DNA of 32,000 nt from Candidatus Syntropharchaeum caldarium (GTDB taxonomy: Archaea > Halobacteriota > Syntropharchaeia > Syntropharchaeales > Syntropharchaeaceae). The stretch lies in assembly GCA_001766815.1 (NCBI GenBank), contig LYOS01000001.1, positions 300,001 through 332,000 of the forward strand, written 5' to 3'. Within the stretch, counting starts at the first letter, position 1. Each line of letters begins with the position of its first letter. The notes under the pieces were generated by a model that was not told the DNA's origin, searched no databases, and worked only from the letters and a program-made list of their open reading frames with translations. The position numbers were made by a program, and so were the translations under genes. Below are positions 7,549 to 17,648 of this stretch, piece after piece.

Positions 7549-9651
7549 ATGATTGGAATGCACCATATAGAAAGAAAGATACTTCCTTTCACCGCGATCG
7601 TGGGGCAGGAGAAGATGAAGAAAGCACTGATCCTGAACGCCATCAATCCAAAGATCGGTGGTGTCCTGATCAGGGGCGAGAAGGGAACTGCTAAATCCAC
7701 GGCAGTACGGGCGCTTGCAGAACTGCTTCCTGAGATCGAGGTCGTAAACGGCTGTTCTTTTAACTGTAATCCCAGAGACGTGAAAGAGATGTGTGATATC
7801 TGCTATGGGCGTATGAAGGGGGGCGAAAAACTTGAAAGCATAAAGAGAAGAGCCCGTGTCATAGATCTTCCGCTTGGCGCAACCGAAGATAGGGTTGTTG
7901 GCACGCTTAACATAGAGAAAGCGATCAAGGAGGGGATACGGGCACTTGAGCCTGGAATACTGGCAGCCGCAAATCGTGGAATCCTCTACATCGATGAGGT
8001 GAACCTTCTGGATGACCACGTCGCTGATGTTCTTCTGGATGCAGCCGCGATGGGTGTTAACCTCGTCGAGCGAGAAGGGGTCTCTGTGGCTCACCCGTCC
8101 AGATTTATCCTGGTCGGAACGATGAACCCTGAAGAAGGTGAGCTCAGACCACAGCTCCTTGATCGATTCGGATTGCAGGTTAATGTTGAGAGTCTGGATG
8201 ATGCTGATTCACGCGTTGAGATTGTAAAGATTGCAGAAAGCTTTGAAACCGATACAGATGAATGCATAGCAAAATTTAAGGATCAGCAGCTTGAGCTGAG
8301 CGAGAGAATTGTTTTAGCAAAGTCGCGCCTTCCTGAGGTTAAAATCTCTGATGACCTTCTCAGAACAACTGCCAGGATGTGCATCGAGCTTGGTGTAAAG
8401 ACACATCGTGCCGAGATTGTGATAACCCGAACCGCAAAGACGATTGCAGCGTTCGATGATCGTCAGGAGGTCACGCTCGATGATATAAAAGAGGCGATGG
8501 AACTTGCACTGCCACACAGAATGCGAAAGCGTCCCTTTGAGCCGCCACAGCTTGATACCGAGAAGCTCGATGATATGATGAAGGAGAAGAATGAAAAGGA
8601 AGAAAAAAAGCAGGAGAGCAGAGAGAAGAAGGATCAGGATGAACATAAGCAGGATCACGAGCACAACCAGCAACAGGAGCCGCAAAATCCACCTGATGAT
8701 GGGGATGAGAGATCAGAGATGGAGCAGTCTGAGTCAGTCTTTGAGATAGGGGATCCAATCGATATTAGCAGCGTGCGACCAAAAGAGAGGCAGGACAGGC
8801 TATATCGCAGAAAGACATCTGGCAGACGGATTCCATCGCTTGCGCGTTTCAATCGTGGTCGTTATGCTCGCCACACCATGCCACGGGGAAAGCCCACCGA
8901 TATCGCTATAGACGCAACGATCCGCGCTGCTGCACCATACCAGAAGGATCGTGGTGTCAGCACCCCCGGAAAAAATGCCATCATCCTCAAAAATCAGGAT
9001 ATCAGGGAAAAGATCAGGGTCGGGAAGGTCTCAACCGCAACCCTCTTTGTGGTAGATGCCTCTGGCTCGATGGGCGCCTCAAATCGGATGGAGAGCGCCA
9101 AGGGTGCCATCATGTCGCTTCTCATGGATTCTTATCAAAAACGAGATAGGGTTGGAATGGTTGCGTTCAAAGGTGATGGTGCAGATGTGCTACTTCCACT
9201 CTCTTCAAGTGTCGATCTTGCATTTGAAAGGCTCAGAACGCTTCCAACCGGTGGGAGGACACCACTTGGTGCAGGACTCATGAGGGGCCTGAACCTCCTT
9301 CTTGGTGAGAAGCGAAAGAATGAAGAGACGATCTCGATGATGGTCTTAATCTCGGATGGCAGGGCAAATGTTCCAATCGTGGAAGGTAGATCTGAGAGGA
9401 TAAGAGAAGAACTCGTTGCGATTGCAGAAGAAGCAAGATCTTCCGGTATTCATGTGGTTATTCTTGATACCGAATCCACCGGTAGTTCGTTTGTGAAGAT
9501 GCAGCTTGGGTACTGTAAAGAGATCGCAGATCATGCAGGAGGACGGTATTTTTCGCTTGATCGCCTTTCAGGGAGGGAAGTCCACGATATTGTCTCATCT
9601 GAGCAGGAACTTCTGACAGAGATCTACTCGATGGGTGGTCGTGTATCATGA
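7549..9651 (+). CDS. class I (ATP-dependent) chelatase ChlI-ChlD fusion subunit: AAA+ domain, acidic linker, vWA domain
   Basis: The N-terminus '[41 protein letters not shown]' is the ChlI/BchI hallmark. An acidic/Gln-rich linker spans about 8560-8720. The C-terminal vWA domain has the MIDAS motif 'VVDASGSMG'. ATGA overlap with the CobN-like gene. Confidence 0.9.
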   Translation: MIGMHHIERKILPFTAIVGQEKMKKALILNAINPKIGGVLIRGEKGTAKSTAVRALAELLPEIEVVNGCSFNCNPRDVKEMCDICYGRMKGGEKLESIKRRARVIDLPLGATEDRVVGTLNIEKAIKEGIRALEPGILAAANRGILYIDEVNLLDDHVADVLLDAAAMGVNLVEREGVSVAHPSRFILVGTMNPEEGELRPQLLDRFGLQVNVESLDDADSRVEIVKIAESFETDTDECIAKFKDQQLELSERIVLAKSRLPEVKISDDLLRTTARMCIELGVKTHRAEIVITRTAKTIAAFDDRQEVTLDDIKEAMELALPHRMRKRPFEPPQLDTEKLDDMMKEKNEKEEKKQESREKKDQDEHKQDHEHNQQQEPQNPPDDGDERSEMEQSESVFEIGDPIDISSVRPKERQDRLYRRKTSGRRIPSLARFNRGRYARHTMPRGKPTDIAIDATIRAAAPYQKDRGVSTPGKNAIILKNQDIREKIRVGKVSTATLFVVDASGSMGASNRMESAKGAIMSLLMDSYQKRDRVGMVAFKGDGADVLLPLSSSVDLAFERLRTLPTGGRTPLGAGLMRGLNLLLGEKRKNEETISMMVLISDGRANVPIVEGRSERIREELVAIAEEARSSGIHVVILDTESTGSSFVKMQLGYCKEIADHAGGRYFSLDRLSGREVHDIVSSEQELLTEIYSMGGRVS

Positions 9652-12600
9652 AGATTGGATGCATCATGTGGAGCGGGTACATTGCAACAATGGCAGAGGC
9701 TGCACGTGAGCTTGACTTTCTTGAGATGAACCTCAAATCTCTGAAGGATCTTGAGGATGCAAGAAAGCGGGGTGAGTTTCTCGATTACCTTGAGAATGAA
9801 GCTGATGTAATCCTTGTGTTGCACTCAGGCTTCGACGGGACGCTCGATGAGATTCTATCCCAGGTCAAGGATAAGTTTATCATATCTTTTGGCTACACAG
9901 CCTCCTTCCTCTCTTCAAGAGTGAGTGCCAGGCAGGTAGGTATGATCTACCGTTACCTGAGACACGGTGGGATCGAGAACCATAAAAACGCTCTTACCTA
10001 TATCGCAAAGGAGTTCTTCGGGATCGATATTGAGGTTGAACCTCCAGCAGAGACGCCGTGGGATGGGATATATCACCCCAGGTCTCCTGTTCCTTTCTAC
10101 TCGATCGAGGATTATATCGAGTGGTATGGAGAGGAGCGGATGGGGAGAAATCCAACTGCTGGATTGATCTTCTACAAGACTCACCTTGTCATGGAGAATC
10201 CGGAGCTTGAAGATGCCATCATTGAGGCACTGGAAAAACGAGGGATCAACGTCATTCCGGTATTCTCATGGGGCTTTCCAAACCAGGAGCTTGGAATTAG
10301 GGAGAACCATGACGTCATTAACGATTACTTTATGAGAGATGGCAAACCCATCATAGATCTCCTGATCGATCTCCAATCCTCATTCCTGATACATACTGGT
10401 GATAGAAGTATTCTGGAAGAGATGGACGTCCCGATCATAAAGGGTGTGATCGTATATCATAGAAGTGAGGATGAGTGGCAGGATGATGAACATGGGCTTG
10501 GTGGTGAGCTTGTATGGTCGGTTGTCATGCCCGAGTTTGAGGGGATAATAGAGCCACTTGTTGCAGGTTCAAGGGTGAGAGAGGAGATAGGAGGAGGGAC
10601 ATTTGAACGCTTCTCTCCGATAGAAGAGCGAGTTTCTCATCTCGCAGATAGGGTTTTGAAGTGGGTCAATCTCAGGAAAAAACCAAAAATAGAGCGAAAG
10701 ATCGTGTTCATCCTTCATAACAATCCATGTTCAGGGCTTGAGGCAAACGTTGGTGGAGGATCAAACCTCGATACACTCGAGAGCGTCGTAAGGATTCTGA
10801 AAAGGATGAAAGAAGAGGGCTACTCGATAGAAGATATACCAGCTGATGGCAGAGAGCTTATAGATCGGATAATGGATAGAAAGGCAATATCAGACTTCAG
10901 GTGGACATCTGTTGATGAGATCGTTGAGAAAGGTGGTGCGATTTACCTTCTTGATGAAGAAGATTACAGGTCATGGTTTGATGGACTCCCCGCTGATGTT
11001 AGGGAGAGGATGATCGAAAGCTGGGGCACACCTCCAGGGAATGCGATGGTATATGATGGCAGAATCGTTATAACCGGGCTTGATCTTGGGAATGTGCTTG
11101 TTTGCACCCAGCCAAAGCGGGGATGTTATGGTGCAAGATGTGATGGAAGTGTCTGTAAGATCCTCCATGATCCAGATGTTCCACCAACACATCAGTATCT
11201 TGCGACATACAGGTTTTTTGAGAGGGTCTGGGGTGCGGACGGAATCGTGCACGTCGGCACGCACGGAAACATCGAGTTTCTACCAGGAAAGTCTGTTGGG
11301 CTTTCAGGAAGCTGTTATCCGGATATTGCGATTGGAAGTCTGCCCCACCTCTACATCTACTCGGTTGATAACCCTTCGGAAGGTATCGTTGCAAAGCGAA
11401 GGTCGTATGCGACACTTGTAGATTATATGCTCCCTGTGATGACCGCAAGCGGAACGTATGGAAAACTAAATGAGCTTGAGCAGCTTCTGGGAGAGTATGA
11501 GCTTGCAAAGGTGGGAGATCATGCAAGGGCGCATGCACTTGAGCATCTGTTACTTGAGGCGATCGATGAGGCGAATCTCGGTGATGAGATCGGATTTTCT
11601 GAGGAGATGGCATTTGAAGAGGTTGTAAAAATAACACATGATGCAATCTCGAGGATAAAAGGATCGCTTATAAACAGGGGGCTCCACATATTCGGAGAAG
11701 TTCCAGAGGGGGAAATGAAGGTTGAGCTTATAACATCGATGATACGTTTCGATGAGGATGTGAAGAAGCTCTTTGATAATGATCGGGATCGTCTCAGGGA
11801 GGCTGTATCAGGTATCCTTGAGGGTAAAGATGACGTGATCGCTCCCCAGGTTAAAGACATCTCAGAAAGGATCGATCGCTGCAAAAATGAGATCGATAAT
11901 CTTCTTCATGGATTTGACGGAGGTTACATAGAACCAGGACCCTCCGGACTTCCAACCCGGGGCAGGTGGGATGTGCTTCCCACAGGAAGAAACTTCTACA
12001 CACTCGATCCAACAAGAATTCCCACGAGGGCTGCATGGAGGGTTGGAAGGAAGCTTGCAACAGGTTTAATAGAAAAGTATGAGCGTGAGACTGGCAGGAT
12101 TCCTGAAAACTGCGGGATGATACTCTTCTCAACCGATATAACATGGGCAGATGGTGAGGAGCTTTCACAGATCTTTTACCTCATAGGCGTTGAACCTGAA
12201 TGGGATGAATCTGGAAGGGTCAACGGGTTCAGAATAATCCCGCTTGATGAGCTTGGAAGACCGAGGATCGATGTTACTGTGAGAATCAGCGGGATAATGA
12301 GAGATTCATTCATGCAGATCATTGAACTTCTCGATGAGGCGATAAGACGGGTTTCAGAGCTTGATGAACCCCCTGAGCTGAATTTTATTAGAAAGCATGC
12401 GCTGGCGCAGGCAAACGCAGGACAGGAGTGGTCGCGTGCTGCAACAAGGATATTTGGATCAAAGCCAGGGACGTACGGTGCAGGGGTTAACCTTGCGGTC
12501 AATGCATCGGCATGGAAAGATGAAGAGGATCTTGCTGATGTATTTGTTTACTGGAGTGGCTATGCCTATGGAAAAGGAATCGATGGTAAGGAATCACACG

Positions 12601-13280
12601 AGGAACTTTTGAATCAGCTTAAAACAGTTGATCTCTCCTTCAGATCCAACCCAACTGATGAGCATGATCTCTTCGGATGCTGCTGCTACTTCGGATATCA
12701 TGGAGGATTGACCGTTGCTGCACGCTCCCTTTCAGGGAAAGAGGTTAAGGCTTACCATGGTGATACGAGAGATCCTTCAGATGTACGGGTGACAGATCTC
12801 AAAGATGAGATAAAGCGGGTTGTGAGGACAAAGCTCCTCAATCCAAAGTGGATCGAGGGGATGAAGGAGCATGGATACAGGGGGGCGTCTGAGATCTCTG
12901 GCAAGGTTACAAGGGTTTATGGCTGGCAGGCAACCACGCGTGAGGTGGATGACTGGGTCTTCGATGATATAGCCCGGACGTATATTCTTGATGATGATAT
13001 GCGAGCGTTCTTTGAGGAGAACAACCCTTATGCACTTGAGGAGATGGGAAGAAGGCTACTGGAGGCTTATGAACGGGATCTCTGGGACCCTGATCCTGAA
13101 GTCTTGGATGAACTTAAGAGATACTACTTGGAGATCGAGGGATGGATCGAGGGGCGAATGGGAGGTGTCTCCGGGGTCCAGGGAGGATCGATCGATGTTT
13201 TTACGATGGAAGAGGTTGAGGAGTGGAAGGGAAAGATGGAGAAGGTTGCAAAATGGACAAAGGAAACAGATCTAAAGTGA
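9648..13280 (+). CDS. cobN: CobN/ChlH-family class I chelatase large subunit
   Basis: 1210 aa with the family motif '[15 protein letters not shown]' and a '[12 protein letters not shown]' region. It is coupled to the ChlID gene. The metal and tetrapyrrole substrates are unknown. Confidence 0.9.
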   Translation: MKIGCIMWSGYIATMAEAARELDFLEMNLKSLKDLEDARKRGEFLDYLENEADVILVLHSGFDGTLDEILSQVKDKFIISFGYTASFLSSRVSARQVGMIYRYLRHGGIENHKNALTYIAKEFFGIDIEVEPPAETPWDGIYHPRSPVPFYSIEDYIEWYGEERMGRNPTAGLIFYKTHLVMENPELEDAIIEALEKRGINVIPVFSWGFPNQELGIRENHDVINDYFMRDGKPIIDLLIDLQSSFLIHTGDRSILEEMDVPIIKGVIVYHRSEDEWQDDEHGLGGELVWSVVMPEFEGIIEPLVAGSRVREEIGGGTFERFSPIEERVSHLADRVLKWVNLRKKPKIERKIVFILHNNPCSGLEANVGGGSNLDTLESVVRILKRMKEEGYSIEDIPADGRELIDRIMDRKAISDFRWTSVDEIVEKGGAIYLLDEEDYRSWFDGLPADVRERMIESWGTPPGNAMVYDGRIVITGLDLGNVLVCTQPKRGCYGARCDGSVCKILHDPDVPPTHQYLATYRFFERVWGADGIVHVGTHGNIEFLPGKSVGLSGSCYPDIAIGSLPHLYIYSVDNPSEGIVAKRRSYATLVDYMLPVMTASGTYGKLNELEQLLGEYELAKVGDHARAHALEHLLLEAIDEANLGDEIGFSEEMAFEEVVKITHDAISRIKGSLINRGLHIFGEVPEGEMKVELITSMIRFDEDVKKLFDNDRDRLREAVSGILEGKDDVIAPQVKDISERIDRCKNEIDNLLHGFDGGYIEPGPSGLPTRGRWDVLPTGRNFYTLDPTRIPTRAAWRVGRKLATGLIEKYERETGRIPENCGMILFSTDITWADGEELSQIFYLIGVEPEWDESGRVNGFRIIPLDELGRPRIDVTVRISGIMRDSFMQIIELLDEAIRRVSELDEPPELNFIRKHALAQANAGQEWSRAATRIFGSKPGTYGAGVNLAVNASAWKDEEDLADVFVYWSGYAYGKGIDGKESHEELLNQLKTVDLSFRSNPTDEHDLFGCCCYFGYHGGLTVAARSLSGKEVKAYHGDTRDPSDVRVTDLKDEIKRVVRTKLLNPKWIEGMKEHGYRGASEISGKVTRVYGWQATTREVDDWVFDDIARTYILDDDMRAFFEENNPYALEEMGRRLLEAYERDLWDPDPEVLDELKRYYLEIEGWIEGRMGGVSGVQGGSIDVFTMEEVEEWKGKMEKVAKWTKETDLK

Positions 13281-14368
13281 GCAGATCAGAGGTAAAAGAA
13301 GAATACAGAAGTTTTATCCGGCAGAGGATCCTCTTCGTCCTCATACTCCTTGTGATCACGCCACTTCTTGTGGGCTATGCTGCAACGCTTGGCTCCGCCG
13401 ATATATCTGTAAAGGCTGCCTATGATGCGATACTCCATAGGTTCTTCCCTGATCGTTTCAATCCTGCACCAACTGAAAAGCTTGATTCTGGTACGATCGT
13501 GACAATCCTCTGGACATTGCGACTTCCAAGGATCGTGCTTGGCATCCTTGCAGGGATCGGTCTTGCTCTTGCAGGAGCTGTGATGCAGGCGATACTCAAA
13601 AACCCCCTTGCATCTCCTTATACCTTAGGGATAGCATCGGCCGCATCCTTTGGTGCATCGCTTGCGATAATACTTGGGGTTGGATTGGTTGGAGGAGAAC
13701 ATCTCATCATCGCAAACGCCTTTATATTCGCGATGATCGCAGCGTTACTCATCTATCTGCTCTCGATAAAGAGAACCTCACCTGAGATGATGGTGCTTGC
13801 AGGTATTGCGATCATGTATCTATTCTCTGCGATGACCTCCTCACTCCAGTATATGGGAGAGGCAGAAGAGGTTCAGGAAGTGGTTTACTGGATGTTTGGA
13901 TCACTCGGCAGGGCAGACTGGGAATCATCGTTCCCGTATGGGAATATCGGGATCATCGCGATGGTACTTCTTGTCACAATCCCATATCTGCTCTTGAAGT
14001 CATGGGACCTCAATGCTTTAGGAGCAGGGGATGAGACCGCAAAGAGCCTCGGTGTGAGGGTTGAACGGATCAGAATAACCTGCATGTTCATCGCATCCTT
14101 TATAACAGCATCGATAATAGCTTTCACAGGCACGATCGGTTTCATAGGGCTTGTCTGCCCACATATAACAAGGATGATGATCGGATCTGATCACAGGTTT
14201 CTTCTACCTGGGACATGCCTCACAGGTGCGGTGCTCCTGCTTGCTACAGATACGGTTGCAAGAACGATTGTTGCACCTGTGATACTTCCTGTCGGAATCG
14301 TGACAGCTTTTATGGGTGTTCCGCTCTTTGTGTATCTTCTGATGAGGCAGAGGGGTGGTTACTGGTGA
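13277..14368 (+). CDS. FecCD-family (BtuC/FepD-like) ABC permease
   Basis: Multi-span hydrophobic protein with typical 'LRLPRIVLGILAGIGLALAGAVMQ' and 'GAGDETAKSLGV' motifs. The start is uncertain: the GTG at 13277 gives a GTGA overlap with the cobN stop, and ATGs at 13223 and 13253 are also in frame. Confidence 0.85.
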   Translation: MSRSEVKEEYRSFIRQRILFVLILLVITPLLVGYAATLGSADISVKAAYDAILHRFFPDRFNPAPTEKLDSGTIVTILWTLRLPRIVLGILAGIGLALAGAVMQAILKNPLASPYTLGIASAASFGASLAIILGVGLVGGEHLIIANAFIFAMIAALLIYLLSIKRTSPEMMVLAGIAIMYLFSAMTSSLQYMGEAEEVQEVVYWMFGSLGRADWESSFPYGNIGIIAMVLLVTIPYLLLKSWDLNALGAGDETAKSLGVRVERIRITCMFIASFITASIIAFTGTIGFIGLVCPHITRMMIGSDHRFLLPGTCLTGAVLLLATDTVARTIVAPVILPVGIVTAFMGVPLFVYLLMRQRGGYW

Positions 14369-15138
14369 AGCTTAAGATAAAAGATCTCACGTTCAGTTAT
14401 CCAGGCCATACGATACTTGATGGTATTACGGTCGAGATTGAGCCTTCAGAGTTCTTCGGTATCATAGGTCCAAACGGGACAGGTAAGACCACGCTCATAA
14501 AGTGCATCGACACAATCCTGAAGCCACACGGCGGTTGCGTCATGCTTGATGGAATGGAAGTGAGAGATCTTGATAAACGAGAGCTTGCAAGAAAGATCGG
14601 ATATGTTCCGCAGCATGCTCCAGGAGGCTTTCCTGCCACGGTATTTGATACGATTCTGATGGGAAGGCGTCCCTATATCGGATGGCGAGTCACGGAGAGC
14701 GATATTGATAAGGTTCTTGAGACCGTGGAACTTCTCGGGATAGAGGAGTTATCACTTCGCACCTTCAGTGAATTAAGCGGTGGTGAGCGGCAGAAGGTAC
14801 TGGTTGCCCGTGCACTCTGTCAGGACCCGGAAGTTCTCCTCCTGGATGAGCCGACATCCAATCTCGATATTAAGCACCAGCTTGAAGTCATGAAGATAAT
14901 ACAGACGATCACAAAAAAGCGTGGAATCCTGGCGATAATGGCGATCCATGATCTCAATTTAGCCTCCCGTTATGCAGACAGGGTCGCGATGATGCACGGG
15001 GGAAAGATTGCAGCGGTTGGTACGCCCGAGGATGTGCTAACCGTTGAGAACATAAGATCGGTCTATGGCGTTGAGGTCGCTGTCAGGAACGATGGGGGTA
15101 AGCCATATATTCTACCTATAAGACCTGTGGAAGTTTGA
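14365..15138 (+). CDS. FepC/BtuD-type ABC ATP-binding protein
   Basis: Walker A 'GPNGTGKTT', signature 'LSGGERQKV', Walker B 'VLLLDEPTSNLD', H-loop 'AIHDLN'. The GTG start at 14365 ('VKLKIKDLTF') overlaps the permease stop (GTGA). The track ORF from 14215 would lie inside the permease gene. Confidence 0.9.
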   Translation: MKLKIKDLTFSYPGHTILDGITVEIEPSEFFGIIGPNGTGKTTLIKCIDTILKPHGGCVMLDGMEVRDLDKRELARKIGYVPQHAPGGFPATVFDTILMGRRPYIGWRVTESDIDKVLETVELLGIEELSLRTFSELSGGERQKVLVARALCQDPEVLLLDEPTSNLDIKHQLEVMKIIQTITKKRGILAIMAIHDLNLASRYADRVAMMHGGKIAAVGTPEDVLTVENIRSVYGVEVAVRNDGGKPYILPIRPVEV

Positions 15139-15216
15139 GGATGAAAGTTCCCTGGTAAAGGCTGAGAGATGGGATGTATCCGATGTTGAAGCAGAAAACG
15201 ATAGAATAGATACCTG

Positions 15217-15330
15217 GTTATTCATAATAACATTGCTATAATAATTTTTTATTAATTAAGACTCCAATTCAATCATGATTTTATGAGGAATGGAGGTATT
15301 ATTGAACGAATCTGAACATAACATAGTTTA
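15217..15330 (+). promoter_or_regulatory. candidate mcr operon promoter/leader, homologous to the promoter and 5' end of the binding-protein gene at 1992-2076
   Basis: TATA-like 'TTTATTAATTAAG' at 15248-15260 is identical to 1992-2004. A 6-3-6 palindrome 'GTTATTCATAATAAC' lies at 15217-15231. A relic RBS 'GGAGG' and a relic start codon (ATG->ACG at 15306-15308) follow. The mcrB ATG is at 15429, implying a long leader. Confidence 0.5.
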
Positions 15331-15428
15331 ATAAAGTTATGGGATGTGATTACGGGGTGGAACAAAAAAGAATGCTAATAACAATAATTATATATAGTAG
15401 ATGGGTAATTACATGGTGGAGGAATTAC

Positions 15429-16784
15429 ATGCCATACCCATATTTAAAAGATAGGGTTAGTCTATACAGTGACCGTGGAGAGGTCCTTGCGGAAGATGTA
15501 CCAATCGAAGCAATATCTCCTCTTCACAACCCAGGCGCACAGCAGGTGAAAGACACACTTTGCCGAACCATTCTCTGGAATGCAGAAGAAGCAGAGTATA
15601 AGATAAAGTCAGGGCACCTTGGGGATGAATATATCCACATACCGCGGACGCCATGGCTAGCAATGGAAGATTATGAAATCATGGCGAACATCGAGAAGAT
15701 CGCCAAGCGTGTCGAGGAACTTTTAAGGACAGCACCTGATGATGATACCGAGGTTCAGATACTGAGGGGAGGGCGTTATCTATTGGTTAGGCCACCAACA
15801 AGGCTTGCCTGGTGTGGTATTGAATACCAGACAGCACTGACGAACGTGGCTTACGCCATTGAGCAGGCGTGCGTTGATGTCTGTGATGCTGACTGGAGAA
15901 CATATCCATACATCCATGCCGCCATCTATGGGAGATTCCCGCAGACACCTGAGTATGACGGTTCATCACTCAGATGGATGCTGAAGCCTGTTATCGAGGA
16001 TGAAAACCCGGGCTATGCTCTCAGGAACATGCTGATCAACCATATTGCAGCATGTACAAGATCAAGAACACTTGAGGCTGCCGCCCTATGTTCGCTCCTT
16101 GAGACGATATCAGTTGTCGAGATGGGTGAAATGCTTGGACCATGGTACAGGCACTACCTAATGACGATGGCGTACCAGGGTTTCAATGGAAACGATCTCG
16201 TGCGAGATATACTGAAGGAATGCGGGCAGAACGGTACAATGGCAGATGTCGTTGCATATACGGTCGAGCGAATGATTGATGATGGCGTAATAAAGGAGAA
16301 GAAAACCTTCCCGTCTGGTTACAAGATGTATGAGAGTGTGGATGAGGATCTCAGACATGCCTACCTGTCTTCTGGTATGCTTGCAGCAACCATCGTGAAC
16401 TGTGGTTCAGCCAGGGCAGCACAGGGTGTCATGACCAGTATCTATTACTTCAATGACCAGATGGAAATGGAAACCGCACTGCCATGCACAGGATATGGTG
16501 TCTCGATGGGAACAGCTCTTGCATCAGGGTTCTTCTCGCACACGATCTACGGTGGTTCAGCGCCGGGTCTCTACTCAGGAAACCACGTCATCACCAAGAC
16601 AGGTAAGGTTTACTATATGCCATGTTATGCAGCAGCAGTTGCGATCGATGCTGGAACACAGACCTGGACACCCGAGATGACATCCGAGTTTGTCGGTGAC
16701 GTCTACTCAGAGATCGACATCATCCGTGAGCCGATGGAAGCTATCGCGGAAGGTGCGCTCGAGATAAAGAGTAAGTTTGAATGA
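15429..16784 (+). CDS. mcrB: methyl/alkyl-coenzyme M reductase beta subunit (divergent)
   Basis: The N-terminus 'DRVSLYSDRGEVLAEDVPIEAISPLHNP' matches the McrB consensus ('DLYDDRG..L...VPLEA.SPL.NP'). 'PGYALRNMLINH', 'GSARAAQGV' and 'GFFSHTIYGGSAPG' (beta Phe361/Phe362/Tyr367 region) are all present. The ATG at 15429 is preceded by 'GGAGGAATTAC'; the track ORF start at 15339 is rejected. Confidence 0.93.
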   Translation: MPYPYLKDRVSLYSDRGEVLAEDVPIEAISPLHNPGAQQVKDTLCRTILWNAEEAEYKIKSGHLGDEYIHIPRTPWLAMEDYEIMANIEKIAKRVEELLRTAPDDDTEVQILRGGRYLLVRPPTRLAWCGIEYQTALTNVAYAIEQACVDVCDADWRTYPYIHAAIYGRFPQTPEYDGSSLRWMLKPVIEDENPGYALRNMLINHIAACTRSRTLEAAALCSLLETISVVEMGEMLGPWYRHYLMTMAYQGFNGNDLVRDILKECGQNGTMADVVAYTVERMIDDGVIKEKKTFPSGYKMYESVDEDLRHAYLSSGMLAATIVNCGSARAAQGVMTSIYYFNDQMEMETALPCTGYGVSMGTALASGFFSHTIYGGSAPGLYSGNHVITKTGKVYYMPCYAAAVAIDAGTQTWTPEMTSEFVGDVYSEIDIIREPMEAIAEGALEIKSKFE

Positions 16785-16795
16785 GGTGATCTAAA

Positions 16796-17638
16796 ATGGG
16801 TGCTGAAGAAATTTTAAAGCAGCAGGTTGAAGCTGCCAAAGAAAGGATGGCAAAGCGAAAGTACCAGCGTCAGTATTACCCTGGAAGCACGATGGTTCCC
16901 GAAAACAGAAGGAAGTTCTATGATCCAATCAGGCCACTTGAGGTATTGAGAACGCTTACAGATGAGGACTTCCAGAACCTGCTTGGTTTCAGGGCGCTTG
17001 GACAGCGTTATCTCTCGGTTCACCCACCACTCGAGGAGATCGGTGAGCCAGACGATCCTATACGAGAGCTTGTCCCTGCAGATGCAGGTGCAAAGGCTGG
17101 TGATCGTATCACAACAATGGTGATGAGTGACTCACTGACACACCCGCTCATCGGTCCTTATACCAGAATCTGGATGTATCTTAATCGATTCAGGGGGATC
17201 GATGGCGCTTCATACTCTGCGCGAACAACGCTCGAGATGAGAGAGCGAGAGATGGAAGGTGTCTCTCGTGTCATCATCGAGGCCGAGTGCTTCGATCCTG
17301 CGAGGGATGCATTCAGGCAGTTCGGATGTACTGGGGCGTCATCCAGGCTTGACAAAAACGGGCTCTTCTTTGATCCGATGGCACGAATCGAATACGATCC
17401 TTCAACAGGACACTACATGCAGGTGAAGGACGGATTCGGCATTCCGCTGGATAAACCTGTCGATCTCGGTCCAACACTCCCTGAAGAAGAGAAGGCAAAG
17501 CGAAACGTCATGTACATGAATACAGATGGAAATCCTGTACTTGCAGGTCCTGAGTGGGAAGTACTGGTCGTCAAGCGAAGGATACAGGCGCTGAGGTTCC
17601 TTGCAGGGATGGGACCGTATAAGTTGAATGGTAAGTGA
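16796..17638 (+). CDS. mcrG: methyl/alkyl-coenzyme M reductase gamma subunit (divergent, approx. 25-aa N-terminal extension)
   Basis: 'QYYPGSTMVPENRRKF', 'SVHPPLEEIGEPDDPIRELV', 'GAKAGDR', 'YLNRFRG' and 'FDPAR' match McrG hallmarks. It is 280 aa versus the usual ~250 aa. Confidence 0.92.
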   Translation: MGAEEILKQQVEAAKERMAKRKYQRQYYPGSTMVPENRRKFYDPIRPLEVLRTLTDEDFQNLLGFRALGQRYLSVHPPLEEIGEPDDPIRELVPADAGAKAGDRITTMVMSDSLTHPLIGPYTRIWMYLNRFRGIDGASYSARTTLEMREREMEGVSRVIIEAECFDPARDAFRQFGCTGASSRLDKNGLFFDPMARIEYDPSTGHYMQVKDGFGIPLDKPVDLGPTLPEEEKAKRNVMYMNTDGNPVLAGPEWEVLVVKRRIQALRFLAGMGPYKLNGK

Positions 17639-17648
17639 GGTGATATGA

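Noticed and set aside
8560-8720. Low-complexity Lys/Glu/Gln/His-rich stretch ('[35 protein letters not shown]') as a repeat element or separate feature
   Set aside because: An acidic, low-complexity linker between the AAA+ and vWA domains is a normal feature of ChlD/BchD-type subunits. It is in frame and internal to the gene.
14215-14364. Long N-terminal extension of the FepC-like ATPase ORF
   Set aside because: It lies in an alternative frame inside the FecCD permease gene. ABC ATPase homology begins at the GTG at 14365, which forms a GTGA overlap with the permease stop.
15339-15428. Upstream 30 codons of the track ORF 15339-16784 ('MGCDYGVEQKRMLITIIIYSRWVITWWRNY') as part of McrB
   Set aside because: McrB homology starts exactly at 'MPYPYLKDRVSLY' (ATG 15429), which is preceded by a GGAGG RBS. 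The upstream stretch is AT-rich leader sequence with no McrB counterpart.
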